Assembly (NCBI GenBank): GCA_010909165.1
Contig: MU008167.1
Location: forward strand, 186,001-250,000
Direction of reading: 5' to 3'
DNA length: 64,000 nucleotides
From: Anthoceros angustus
Taxonomy: Eukaryota; Plantae; Anthocerotophyta
Shown here piece after piece: positions 1-12,975 of the stretch. Made by a program: the position numbers and the translations under genes. The notes below the pieces were generated by a model. The model was not told the DNA's origin, searched no databases, and saw nothing but the letters and a program-made list of their open reading frames with translations. Each line of letters begins with the position of its first letter. The stretch's first letter is position 1.

Positions 1-2492
1 GTTAGTAAGAACTGATTCGAGTAGCTCTCGTTTTACAAATCCTTCAGTAGTAAGGGGTAAGAGTGGACTATGTGATTGTATGAAATGACCTAGAAAGTTG
101 TGAGTAATCCAATTAGGATTAATTACTATTATATTTTTATTTTTCAACTGGACAATTTTTCCAACATCATGAAGATAGGATGAAATGGCAGATATTATGT
201 TCTCGCTCGGAAATTATTCAACTCCTCAAGCTGTTGCACACAATAGCTTTCAAATCTCTTTTGTTGCATCAAAGGTTGTGAAGGATGCTTAGATACCCAC
301 TGTATCAAGGTTTTACTCAATTTCTCACATATATTAGGAACTAATTTTGAGTCCTCACATGCAATTTTTAAGCTTTTAAATACCTCACATGATATGTTCT
401 TTATGCATTTCAATGAATAAGCCTTGATAATTTTTACTTTTGGAATTACACCTATTAAATCTAAAAATTCGTTTGTTACATTCTTCATTTGCGTGTTTAA
501 TAAAATTTCTATAAATTCTTTATTTTTTTCAAATTTATCTAGGTACGTAATTATAACCAATAATTTTGGTTTCACTACACTTCCCTGCTTGACATTAGAT
601 GCAATAAAGGTTAGCCAATACTTCAATTCATCCTCAAACCTTCTTTTCATATCTTCGTAAGACATAATCTCTCCTAACTCATGGTCAAAGGGACTAAACA
701 CGAACGAAAATAGACAAGCTTGGTGAATATTAGGAAAGAGATAATCATGGAGAATGCGAAATTCAGCTTGGCCGGCTAGATCCCAAATGCTTACTTGCAA
801 ATCCTCGTCATTATTAAAAATGTGTTCGATTGCTATCCCTTTTGTCATCTTCCACGGTAGGCGCACATTTGTCATACAAGTTGGCACCACTCTCCATCTT
901 TGAGAATAGCGGACCATACTTCGACGAATTGTGCTTTTCCCTGCAAAGATTAGTCAGAGATTATATTAGACATTTACAAGGAGCAATTAATGTTCAAGTA
1001 CTCTGTAACAAAGGATGGAATTACCTGCTCGTGGCGATCCACAAAGAAAGAATCTACCCACTTTTGGAAGTACAAATTTGAATCGCTGTCGATAAAATGC
1101 AGGTAAATATGCAACCTGACGATTATTTCGTTGCACAGCTTCCCCCAACAATGCACTTTTCCCTTCCTTTTCCCATTGGTCATCACTTATTTGTATGCTT
1201 ACCAAAGATGTATTCGAAGCTACGCTACGCATAAGATCTGTAAATATTTTTGAAGTCAACCTCGGATAGCCTCTAATATCGAGATGTTGAATAGTTGTAC
1301 TCCTCCCTAAGGATGTAAAAACTGTATCATTAAAGACTCTGCTAAACTCTCCATGCAATCTCAGTTGCTTGAGGGCTCTGGCCTTGTCTACTTCGAGTCC
1401 CGCTTTGGCATATCTCAAGTCATCACTCGCCATTATCTCGCAGAATTCCAGCACAGCATTCGTGCGTAATACCAAATTTAAATCTGCCACACACCCATGT
1501 GGCAAGTCATAAATTCCGAGCGTAGTGACAGATCTATTGCCCACCGTCACATGTCCTTCAGTGCTGGTTTCTCCCAATCCAGTGCGAAGCAATTCTCCCA
1601 TAATCACGTCTGACTGCGCTCCTCCCATTCCACCAATTTGCAACTCTTGCAACGTTGTGTTCCAGGCCAGGGCTTTGCCGATTATTCTTGCATCTTGCAA
1701 TGTCCAGGAGATGCCCGTAATGTTCAAATCAAGCAAGGAGGGGCATATACCGGGAGCGAGCAGCGCGGCTATTTGTCCAGACCCCGATCTCCCCAGCGCG
1801 TCGTTCCATGACAGGTCCAGGACGCGGAGCGCGGAGTGGGGGGCAGCGCTCAGTGCGCTCACCAGCTCCCCAAACCCGTTCGCTTTCAGGTCGACTGCAC
1901 TCAGACTCAACTCGTGGAGCGTGCGACTGACGCGCAGGAGGGCTCCCAAAGCTTTACATCCAGCCGCGCTGCCCACACCCTTACATCGTCCAAAATCCAG
2001 CTTGTGTAAGGCGGAGGTGTCGGCTATGGATGCCAGCCCCCCCAACAGAGCCTCCACCTCTTCCTTTCGCCCATCCAAGCCGATTCTATACTCGCCCCGC
2101 AACCGGATGCTTTCGAGAGTAGGACAATGGCCGATGGCAGAGAGCACCTGCAGTCGCACTTCCCTCCCCCGCACGCCACTCCACCGCTTTGTCCTCACCG
2201 GTGCGGCAAAAGGCCGGGGGAAGAAGAAGTCCCCGAACCTGTCATCTCTTAGATCGTCTTCAAGAACAGTGCGCAGTGGCGGAGTGTTGGATGAAGAGGC
2301 AGAAGCTGCATTAGCTGGCCATGGGCCGGCGCCCAGCTCGGCCAGGAGCTGCTGCAACGCAACAGGAAGCGGCTCCTCATCCGCATCCTTGAAATCCGAG
2401 CCCGCCATGCGAATTCGATTCATTGCTGTCACGGCCCACCGTGCTACCAGATCCGACTCCGGACCAGTACCCCCACCTCCGAATTCACACAC
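1..2492 (-). pseudogene. TORNADO1-like LRR-ROC-COR (ROCO) gene, frameshifted near 205 and truncated by the window edge
   Basis: Exon 2492-1025 encodes RNI-like LRRs. An 84-bp GT-AG intron (1024-941) joins them to give the P-loop GSPRAGKST, then WDLAGQ and the ROC motifs. The frame stops at 195-197, but the -1 frame continues open to base 1 with COR-like SYLHDVGKIVQL..VINPNWITHNFLG. The true start is uncertain because 2492 is GTG. Confidence 0.85.
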
Positions 2493-3079
2493 CGCGTTTC
2501 CGACGAGAGCCTACAGTACAGGATGCCCCAAGCCCCTGCACCCTTGGACATGAAGCTATCATCAGCACCACTGCGGGGAAACCTGCCCCAGCCACCACTA
2601 TCAGCAGCACTGCACCAATCGTAGGCACACCACTTGCAGCTCGTGATGAGCATGCACGCTCCAAGCTTGTCATGACAACACTCACCCTCGCATGCTCAAA
2701 GCCATCCGGATGGGCACAAACATTGGCACTTACTTCCACCGGCAACTGCAACTGCAACGCCCATCCCACCCTACGCTCACACACGTCCCCCCGGCCGGAC
2801 ACTGCCATTCACGCGTGCAAGCACCTGCAGCTCACCAACCCACAAAGCCAGCACTGGCATGATCACAACACCTCGAGCTCATGGCCAGTCAGAGGTACCT
2901 CTGTGGCAACGTATCTCTGCGTGCGAGGGCAAAAGAGACTAGTCTACCAATTACCTGCATCATCTGGAGACGCTCTTTCCACCACCACCGAGCCTGCATC
3001 AGGTGGACAGCCTCGCCACATCCCCGAGCTGCAGCCTACGTTTTGTAGGCCTGCACACCACGCGCTTGAGAAGCTTCTA

Positions 3080-3296
3080 GGACACTTTCCTGCTCCAAGC
3101 GCTCCCCATTGGGGAGTCATTTTGACCCCGTCCCAAGCTCGGTCCCGCTTCTGGGACTGCTCCAAGCGCTCCCCATTGGGGAGTCATTTTGACCCCGTCC
3201 CAAGCTCGGTCCCGCTTCTGGGACACTTTCCTGCTCCAAGCGCTCCCCACTGGGGAGTCATTTTGACCCCGTCCCAAGCTCGGTCCCGGTCCCGGC
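3080..3296. repeat. Three-copy tandem repeat (periods 67 and 74 bp), probably hAT subterminal repeats
   Basis: gctccaagcgctcccc...gtcattttgaccccgtcccaagctcggtccc recurs at 3092, 3159 and 3233. A perfect 13-bp inverted repeat with a 10-nt loop lies nearby at 3348-3383. Confidence 0.8.
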
Positions 3297-4475
3297 ATGT
3301 GTTAAAAAAAAACATGGGACCGGAGGTTCTTTAGGAATCCGGTCCCCACCCTCGGTCCCCTATTTTTTTCGGGGACCGAGGGTTCATAAAAGGTCCGGTT
3401 TAAAATTAGTAAATTACTTAATTTTATATCTAAAGATTTATATTTATTATGGACAGATAGACCCATCTTATAATTGGTATGGTCATAAAGACACTTACCA
3501 TGGATTTATGGGCTATGTCTTTATTTATCTAATACCATCCATGGCTTATTAATATAGTCTTTATTCTATGAGATTTTATTAACTTATTTTGATACATCTA
3601 TAAAAAGTAGATATGTAATATTTTGCTTTGAATGGAGTTATAAATGTGTACAATAATTTGTTGATATGCACGTTCATCCATGAAGATGGACTAAGATATG
3701 GTATCTCAACCATAGGCTTACATAGGACTCTTATCCTATCATACTATGAATAGATACCCTTCAAGAGTACATAAGACCACAACACTAGCATTTGGAGCAT
3801 CACTCATTGTTGCTCTCCTTATTGTGGTATGCTTGTTGTTCTTCTTTCTTGCTTCTTATTCTTCTTCCTTGCTCCTTGTTGTTCTTTCTTGGTAAGGGAT
3901 CTTTTTTTTTAGAGCTCATCTCTTTTTAAGCTTTTTAGGTTTAGGGTTCATTTTTGTTTGAGCTCATCTCTTTTTAAGCTCTTCGCTTTTAAAAGCTTTG
4001 TTTTTTGGCTCTTCATTTGCTATATTAATTTTTTTAAAAAAATTAAAGGTAAAAATGGCTCATTTTTCTCAAAGTTCATCATCCGGGTTTTTTGGAGGAG
4101 CTCCACGTGATGACCAAACAAGGAGTGGCGACAATAGCCAAACAAGCCAACCGAGTCAAAAAAGACAAAAGGTGCAAAAGGCAAGAGTCTTCAAGGAAGA
4201 ATGGAAGGTTGCATTTCATTGGATGGAGTTGTGCTCAATCAATGTAGAGAATCGAAGGTTTTGTGTTGTTCGTGAAAAACATGGTCATGGTGTAGTGGGA
4301 CAAGCTAAGGCTGCGACTCAAGCTTGGGTAAAAGTTGGCGGTCGAACTTTCAAGAGTGCATTGGAGGACCATGCAAGGAGTACATATCATTTAGCCATCA
4401 AGATGGAGCAAGCCCAAGCCAAGGCTCAACAACCAACCATGCAACGAACTTTGGAAATGCATTTTTCCAAAAAGG

Positions 4476-7400
4476 ATAAGGAGATTCTCAACTTGTTGAA
4501 GTTTGCTTATTTCATTGCTAAGAAGGATTTGAGTTTCCATATGTACGAGGACCTTTGTGAGTTTATGGGGGATATTGGAGTGCAAGGCATTCCAGAGGTG
4601 AAGACATATGGTTCATATCTTACAGATAGTGCTTGCAAGGAGTATGTAGTTCTCATACCCAATTTTTTACGCGAACAACAGAAGGAGAGGTTATATGCAA
4701 GTCCATGGTATGAGATACTCATAGATGAGAGGACAGATAAGGCGATGGTGCAACACATAATTATTTATGTGTATTATTTGCATAATGGGACGGTACGAAC
4801 GGAGTTTTTGAAGCTAGCCAACATAACAAGTGCACGTGCGGAAGACATCTTCAACGCCTTGGTTGAGCAATTGCAACTCTTTGATCGGACATCAAAAAAT
4901 GAGTGGATTTGCAAGCGATGGAGCATCGGTCATGATTGGCAAGGCGAAGGCCAAGGAGATCACAATGTTGTGAAGTTTCGCGAATGTGAATCCGTATTTT
5001 GCTCAAACTCATTGTGTTGCTCACGCGCTTATGCGAGGCATCAAGGTTCCGACTTTGAGGTGGCGGACAAGATTGTCAAGAAATTGCACGCTCTTCATCA
5101 TTCAAGTAAGAAGACTACGGCTTTGCGTGAATTGCAAGTGCAATTAGAAATGCAAGTCTTAATCAGATCGAATTCATGATGTCCGTTGGTTGTCTAGAGG
5201 TCAAGCCATGAGTAGAATAGTTTGTCTATTACCAGCTTTACTTAAATTTGCTCAAGAGGATGAGAGCCTAAATTGGCCAAAAGCAATAAGGGTCCAAGTA
5301 GTTCTTCTTCTTTGCGGGAAGACTCTTCCAAGCTTTACTAACTACTAAGGCCTTGTTTTCATTTCACTTTTATCGGATATTTTAGAGGTCCTTAATTCCT
5401 TGAATACTAACTTTCAACGTGATTATCGGAGCCGTTAGCATAGCTCCCTCATAGATTTTGTTGTTGATAGGTCAAAAGTATGTATAAAGTTGATAGGGTG
5501 AGTATGGGAAGTAGAAAGCTTTTCTCTTCATTGAAAACTTGAAAAAGTCATGGAGTGTATGAGGGTTTTGTAATATCGACTACTGAAAGTGAACTAAGTT
5601 CTTGCATTGCTAGTGCTAACAAATATGCTTTAGTTGTTGATGCAATGAATAATAAGTTTCGATCTTTGTGTGTTGCATGCTTGTCGTCTATTCATCCTAA
5701 ATTTTATCCTCAAGATGCAGATGAGCATATCTGATTAGTTAATAGTTTGTTAGAGGTATTGTTGAAAAGTTTGGAACTAACTCTTTGGATGCAAATACTA
5801 ATGTTGTCGACCCTTTGTAGTTGATGAGGTGTGTCAAGCTGAGTTGCTAACATTTGTGTCCATCTTGAAGTCTTCTTGTGCTGGATTGAGTATGTTAGCA
5901 GCTTACAAAATATACTCAACAACTCGGGAGTGGGTAATCGACACCCTCTATGTTACGTCTTTGGGAATTATGTTTGGTCATACCTTGTAATCGCTATATG
6001 TGAGCGGGATTTTCTAAACAAAACTTTGTGATGAATAACATGAGAACTAATCTTAATATTTTGACCCTTGATGCATTGATGAGTATATCCATCAATGGTC
6101 CGCTATAAGGAGATTCTCAACTTGTTGAAGTTCGCTTATTTCATTGCTAAGAAGGATTTGAGTTTCCATATGTACGAGGACCTTTGTGAGTTCATGGGGA
6201 TATTGGAGTGGAAGGCATTCCGGTGAAGACATATGGTTCATATCTTACAGATAGTGCTTGCAAGGAGCATGTGGTTCTCATAGCCAATTTTTTACGCGAA
6301 CAACTGAAGGAGAGGTTGCGTGCAAGTCCATGGTATGGGATACTCATAGATGAGGACAGACAGGCGATGGTGCAACACATAATTATTTATGTGTATTATT
6401 TGCATAATGGGACGTGAACGGAGTTTTGAAGCTAGCCAACATAACAAGTGCACGTGCGGAAGGGATCTTCAACGCCTTGGTTGAGCAATTGCAACTCTTT
6501 GATCGGACATCAAAAATGAGTGGATTTGCAAGCGATGGAGCATCGGTCATGATTGGCAAGGCGAAGGCCAGATCACAATGTTGTGAAGTTTCGCGAATGT
6601 GAATCCGTATTTTGCTCAAACTCATTGTGTTGCTCACGCCGCAGGCGCTTTGCCATCAAGGTTCGAGGTGGCGGACAAGATTGTCAAGAAATTGCACGCT
6701 CTTCATCATGTAAGAAGACTACGGCTTTGAGTGAATTGCAAGTGCAATTAGAAATGCAAGTCTTAATCAGATCGAATTCATGATGTCCATTGGTTGTCTA
6801 GAGGTCAAGAGTAGAATAGTTTGTCTATTACCAACTTTACTTAAATTTGCTCAAGAGGATGAGAGCCTAAATTGGCCAAAAGCCAATAAGGGTCCAAGTA
6901 GTTCTTCTTCTTTGCGGGAAGACTCTTCCAAGCTTTACTAACTACTAAGGCCTTGTTTTCATTTCACTTTTATCGGATATTTTAGAGGTCCTTAATTCCT
7001 TGAATACTAACTTTCAACGTGATTATCGGAGCCGTTAGCATAGCTCCCTCATAGATTTTGTTGTTGATAGGTCAAAAGTATGTATAAAGTTGATAGGGTG
7101 AGTATGGGAAGTAGAAAGCTTTCTCTTTCATTGAAAACTTGAAAAAGTCATGGAGTGTATGAGGGTTTTGTAATATCGACTACTGAAAGTGAACTAAGTT
7201 CTTGCATTGCTAGTGCTAACAAATATGCTTTAGTTGTTGATGCAATGAATAATAAGTTTCGATCTTTGTGTGTTGCATGCTTGTCGTCTATTCATCCTAA
7301 ATTTTATCCTCAAGATGCAGATGAGCATATCTGATTAGTTAATAGTTTGTTAGAGGTATTGTTGAAAAGTTTGGAACTAACTCTTTGGATGCAAATACTA

Positions 7401-7713
7401 ATGTTGTCGACCCTTTGTAGTTGATGAGGTGTGTCAAGTGAGTTGCTAACATTTGTGTCCATCTTGAAGTCTTCTTGTGCTGGATTGAGTATGTTAGCGA
7501 CTTACAAAATATACTCAACAACTCGGGAGTGGGTAATCGACACCCTCTATGTTACGTCTTTGGGAATTATGTTTGGTCATACCTTGTAATCGCTATATGT
7601 GAGCGGGATTTTCTAAACAAAACTTTGTGATGAATAACATGAGAACTAATCTTAATATTTTGACCCTTGATGCATTGATGAGTATATCCATCAATGGTCC
7701 GCTATAAGGAGAT
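4476..7713 (+). repeat. Tandem duplication inside the hAT element (units 1629 and 1599 bp)
   Basis: 4476-6104 is repeated as 6105-7703. The 10-bp sequence ATAAGGAGAT occurs at 4476, 6105 and 7704. Confidence 0.95.
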
Positions 7714-8422
7714 AGATTGGAATGGTATTTTTAAAGCTTGGAAAGACCAGCCCGACGATAGAATATACTAGACATTTGTATTTTATATTATTATTTATAA
7801 ATTATTTATTTAATATTTATTATATTTAGTGACCAAGGGTCGCAAAGGCACGGTCCTGCTCGGTCCGGGACCGGCGTATGCTAAGCGGCCCGAGTGCGAT
7901 AGTACTCAGTCAAAATGACACCTTGGTAAATAGGCCCTTCCCTATCTTGGACGGCGACATCTTGGGGGCGGTTGGGGGTTACAGGGTACGATAGTGCAGG
8001 GGCACGCTCCCCCCTGGCTTGGTGCCCCGTCGTGGGTTGTCCCCTTTCGCTTCGAGGTAGATGGGATTTCCCATCTTGTTCTTTTTATTAAGTCTCCACA
8101 TTTTCTTCTCAATATGTGCATTCATTGAAGTAGGCTTCCTAGTTCGAGAGCTAGCATACTATCCTATAAAACATCAAAATGACTTTAGGCGGCTGTCAAG
8201 ATAACGAATAACGAAGGCCGGGAAGAAATGGGTGCTGAGCTCCCTCCCCGAAACAAAAATGGGAAGACGTGAGTTTCATAGGCCTTTTACCGCAAACAGC
8301 GGTGTTTATCCACGCCTTTTTCTCTCTCCCATTCCAGGTGAAGTTTGGTCTATCCTGTGAGATATCGTCTCGCAATCGGAAGCAGCGCAGGAAGGAAAGG
8401 AAGGAAAGGAAAGGCGGCAGCT

Positions 8423-9815
8423 ATGGCGGCAGCAACGGCGTTGGGAGCAGCTGTGGGCGTGGCCTCTGGAGGCCCGCACGCTCTCCCCCGCACGTTCCGC
8501 CAAGCCCAGCCCGCGCAGCTTTGCGTTCCCGCCACCTCCTTCATGCACGGCTGCAGGCTGCAATGCGAGCTCCAGGCGGCAGCCCCCGTGTGGGAGAGGA
8601 AGCGAGACGTGCTGCGGGTGGCCAATGTAGCAACCGAGCCCGCTCCCGCCGAGGTGAGCAGCAGCAAGGAGGGAGCTGTTTCTTGCAGGAGCTGCATTTT
8701 TTTTTTTCCTGTGGTGTTGAGCGTGCTTCCGGGGTGTGCAGGCGAAGAAGGGAGTGTCGAAGGATAATGCCCGCCCGGTTTTCCCCTTCACCGCAATTGT
8801 GGGGCAGGAGGAGATGAAAATGTGCCTGATTCTGAACGTGGTGGATCCTAAGATAGGCGGTGTGATGATCATGGGGGACCGGGGGACAGGGAAGTCCACC
8901 ACCGTGAGGGCTCTGGTGGATTTGTTGCCGGAGATCAAGGTGGTGTCGGGGGACCCCTTCAATTCCGACCCAGAAGACCCCGAGCTCATGAGTGAGGAGA
9001 TCCGGCAGCGGGTGCAGAGCGAGCAGGACCTGCCTGTGACCTACGTGAAGATTAACATGGTGGACCTGCCATTGGGAGCAACGGAGGACAGGGTTTGCGG
9101 CACCATCGACATTGAGAAGGCTCTCACTGAGGGAGTGAAGGCATTCGAGCCAGGGCTGCTGGCTAAGGCTAACAGAGGCATTCTGTATGTGGATGAGGTG
9201 AACCTTCTGGATGACCACTTGGTGGATGTTCTGCTGGATTCCGCTGCTTCAGGATGGAACACGGTGGAGAGGGAGGGGATTTCCATCTCCCATCCTGCCA
9301 GGTTCATTCTGATAGGGTCTGGCAACCCCGAGGAAGGGGAGCTCCGGCCGCAGCTGCTGGATAGGTTTGGGATGCATGCTCAAGTCGGCACTGTGAAGGA
9401 CGCCGAGCTTAGGGTGAAGATCGTGGAGGAGAGGGGCAGCTTCGACCAGAACCCTAAGACCTTCAGGGACTTGTATGCAGTACCGCAGGAGGAGCTGAGG
9501 CAGAAGATCACCCAGGCTCGGGCCCGGCTGCCTACCGTGAAGGTGGCACATGATCTTCGGGTGAAGATTTCCAAGGTGTGTGCAGAGCTGGATGTGGATG
9601 GCCTCAGGGGGGATATCGTCACCAACCGCGCTGCCAAGGCCTTGGCTGCTCTCAGCGGGAGGGATGAGGTCACGCCCAAGGACATCCTCACTGTCATCCC
9701 CAACTGCCTCAGGCATCGGCTCAGAAAGGATCCTCTCGAGTCCATCGATTCTGGGCTCTTGGTGGTGGAGAAGTTCAGTGAGGTGTTTGGTTATTCTTCC
9801 AAGATCGCTGCTTAG
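8423..9815 (+). CDS. CHLI: Magnesium chelatase subunit I, plastid-targeted; join(8423..8653,8742..9815), ~434 aa
   Basis: Ala/Ser-rich transit peptide exon, then an 88-bp phase-0 GT-AG intron. The second exon has [16 protein letters not shown], Walker [25 protein letters not shown] and [11 protein letters not shown]. Confidence 0.97.
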
Positions 9816-10313
9816 TACTAGTACCTTGGCTTCTCTTCTTTAGTAGTTCTAGTGCTAGCTTGATTTTAGAAGGGTAAGAATCGGGCAAGGCAAGTCTGGC
9901 CCTGGTATGTCAGAGTTGCTCAAGAGTTGTTCCATTCCTTGCGGCTTACTGTGACTGGAAGGCATTCAACCTACGGAGAACTTGCCCTCCACATATCTTC
10001 ACCTCCTGGACACCTCGGTCAGGGTCCCTCAGGGCTGTATGAAAAGTTGGGCTGTCACATTCTCTGTCAAATTCCACAGGAGCTGAACGTTGATATGAAC
10101 CACTCCGGCTTATGCTTGTCTCGTCATGGAAGCACTCTCGCTATGTGGAGACTTCGAAAACTAGTTATCCTACCATAAAAGTTATCGAAATTATGGAATT
10201 AGTAACAAGCCAAAATTTGAATCAGCAATGAGCCATTGGTACCATGAAGGTTCTATTATTATTGAATCAGCAACAAGGCAAGGTCTCCTATCTCAGAGTT
10301 CTAGAACCACGGA

Positions 10314-10478
10314 ATCAGGAACAAGCTATCCTACGATGAAAAGTTCAAAACCATAAATCAGGAATATCTGGAACAACTATCCTACGATGATAAGTTCAAA
10401 ACAATAAAATCAGGAATATCTGGAACAACTATCCTACGATGATAAGTTCAAAACAATAAAATCAGGAATATCTGGAAC
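10314..10478. repeat. Minisatellite, ~3 copies of a 51-52 bp unit
   Basis: cctacgatga(t/a)aagttcaaaac(a/c)ata...atcaggaatatctggaac recurs at 10330, 10381 and 10433. Confidence 0.9.
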
Positions 10479-10856
10479 GATGCGATGTGCCTCGAGGGAA
10501 TGTTGAAATATGAACCTTCAGCAAGTTTTACTTAAATCTTGAAAGGAATCATGCCTATAATAGGATCTAATAAATTTTGTCATTGCTTAGGCTAACTTAG
10601 AATGTATGAAGTTTTTCAGATCTTTTTAAAATATATATCTTTTAGACTTGGTACCTCATATCATAAAAAGAATCTACCAAGCTTATATTTATTCAAATTA
10701 AATTATTAGAAATTAAAAAATAATTTCACCAATCTCCCAATGCAGGAATTCATTACTACTTGAATGTCAAGTGATATTATTGCCATACTACCTACACTAC
10801 CATGAATTAGTCAGCCAACAAAATTCTTAGACCAAGAAATCCATAATTGACCGGAA

Positions 10857-11216
10857 TCATGTTGGTGTGGCTATAAGAGGCTTGCAATACTCTGTGTTGG
10901 CAAAGCAATAGCTTTCGTATACCTCACGAAAGTGGGAGCAAAGATTGCAAGTATCTCGAGTCGCTGTCCTAATGGCTACATCCATGTAAAAACAACAATC
11001 TCTAGGGGTCCAAAGTCCGACTCTTAGGTATTTTTTACATCTGGGTCCCTCATACCCGATAATTTGAGACATATTTAGAGGTTGATAGTCCAAATCACAC
11101 TGCCATCTTTCTTCTTCATACACACTATGGACGCTCAAAATCATCAGCATATGTATTAAACATACCCCCAAACTTATGCCCAAGGTGGCTGCGTGCACAG
11201 ATGGAGTTAGCTTCAT
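10857..11216 (-). CDS. Small secreted cysteine-rich protein A (119 aa, intronless, 8 Cys in the mature part)
   Basis: ATG at 11216 (the ORF track starts at an upstream GTG). Hydrophobic N-terminal signal-like segment, then C-x19-C-x13-CC-x14-C-x2-C-x10-C-x6-C. Clear paralog at 14316-14630. Confidence 0.75.
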   Translation of the reverse strand: MKLTPSVHAATLGISLGVCLIHMLMILSVHSVYEEERWQCDLDYQPLNMSQIIGYEGPRCKKYLRVGLWTPRDCCFYMDVAIRTATRDTCNLCSHFREVYESYCFANTEYCKPLIATPT

Positions 11217-12027
11217 GTTCACAACTCTATGAAACTAAATCAAGTCCCTTCATGAAAAAAAAACAAAAGTAATAGAGAGTCTATTAAAAAAATAGATCCT
11301 AGCGCATAAATTGATCTAGTGAACAAGGAGTGATGATCTGAATTTGTAAATTTCCCAATGGTTTGAATTGGTGTAAGAGGAAGTATCATATATATATGGA
11401 GAGAATATAAATTTTCAGATATCTACGTAGATATTGACAAGACGCACATGTATATAAGTGTATTGTACTAGAGATATTTCTAAAAGAATATGCTGGCCAA
11501 TCGGCTCATTTATTCACCACACTTTTGGATTCTTCATGAAATATATTAAATAAAACTAGCTACACTTAAACATAATCTTCTATGTACATAGAGATAATTT
11601 TATAAAAAATTAATTTTGGGAATAAAACGTTGTAGTGGTATCTGTATTAAAGTATAATGATGAGATTCCTCTACATAAAATTTATATTTATAGAGACAAA
11701 CATGTTTTTGGAATATTTTTGGAACAATAATATGTTTAACTTATTTCTTGTAAGATAATAATATGGACATCAAGTATGCTAGCAACAGTACAGCAGTTAA
11801 AAAACGTTGATCACTGGATGATAAAGATAATAGATAATACATTTCTTTTGGCCTACTTTGAAACGTTTTTTTTTTTCAACAATGGTGCTCTATAGAAGAA
11901 TTCTAGCGCCTTACAATGAGCCTTAGTTGAAGCAATTTGCAAGTCTACATTAGACGCTCTGCACTTTGTAAGCTTGTCTCCTAAAAGCTTCATTATTCCA
12001 GTCAGTAGTCACCAATACTTTGTAGTT

Positions 12028-12325
12028 TGTCACGATGACGATCTCGTGAGACTCTAAGCCGTGATCAAGCTTGTGGAAAATTAGTTTTCCCTTGTTTAGT
12101 AGGTGCCTCACTTATATATGCCCTGGCTCGGCCAAAAGGGCTGCAGTAGGTCGTTGCCTAGGAGGGCTCTAACGAACTACTTACTTCGTATATTCCTTAT
12201 TAACACGGTCTTTATTTCGAGTTAACTAGAAGTAATTCTAAGTAATCACATAAATAAGGCTTTTCGGAGCTGGTTGGGTTTGAAACAGTTTCACACGGGC
12301 TAGGTCGGGAGTCACGGACGTGACA
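12028..12325. mobile_element. Candidate solo LTR or LTR fragment
   Basis: 298 bp bounded by TGTCACG...CGTGACA (TG..CA with a 7-bp inverted repeat). Flanks (tagtt/atgat) do not form a TSD. Confidence 0.4.
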
Positions 12326-12695
12326 ATGATGTCAATTCTTCAAACACTATTATGATTCATCTCGTGAACCTTTAAACCATTTTAAATACTAAAGGAGACA
12401 TTAGGTCTTTGGATCGTGCAATCTAGTTTCATCTTCATTTTACAAACTTCCTTGTCACAGCTTTGTGTTGCTTGATGAGTCGATCCCACCTTTTATAATT
12501 TCAATAAAAAGCCCCTCTCATATATTAAGAACCGATACATATTCAATATTTGACTAGGGTAGATGGGGTCATCACATCTTTGTCTTCGAATAACGAGTTG
12601 CTTTGCATTTTTCTCTTCGGACAGGAGTATCTATTATTCTCTAAAGAGTTATAGTAGGAGTAATTTTTTGAATAATGACAGGTGTAGGTGATATA

Positions 12696-12975
12696 CAATT
12701 CCTTGGTAGCCTTGTTAATCGATAGATCCTTTTAGCTCTCTAGTTATAACATCACTTATAGAAGATTTCAGGCCTAGTGCCCATAAAGCATATTTCCATT
12801 CTTCATGGTGAGCCCGGGGGTCATCCTGCAGGCGACATCCAATTCCTTGGTAGCCTTGTCAATCGATAGATCCTTTTAGCTCTCTAGTTATAACATCACT
12901 TATAGAAGTTTTTAGACCTAGTGCCCATAAAGCACATTTCTATTCTTCATGGTGACCCCGGGGGTCATCCTACAG
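12696..12975. repeat. Two-copy 144-bp tandem duplication
   Basis: caattccttggtagccttgt... starts at 12696 and again at 12840, with few substitutions. Confidence 0.9.

Larger units (their letters stand above)
3080..7920 (+). mobile_element. Decayed hAT-superfamily DNA transposon (ZNF862-like transposase pseudogene); ends approximate
   Basis: ORF 3998-5179 has VFKEEWK..F.W, the H..S..H zinc-finger remnant and first catalytic region LIDERTDK. Downstream frames give DVRWLSRGQ and the hAT dimerisation-like CERDFSKQN..LDALMSISINGP..W (to ~7770). Many stops and frameshifts. No clear TIR/TSD pair found. Confidence 0.85.

Noticed and set aside
3080-3296. CRISPR-like appearance of the repeat
   Set aside because: Units are contiguous with no unique spacers, the context is eukaryotic, and there are no cas genes.
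1525-3334. Plus-strand ORFs of 342 and 303 aa
   Set aside because: Antisense shadow of the GC-rich LRR exon and read-through of the tandem repeat; no domain motifs.
3110-7920. gtcattttgac (left) versus gtcaaaatgac (~7908) as hAT TIRs
   Set aside because: Only 11 bp match, internal to the repeats, and no 8-bp TSD found.
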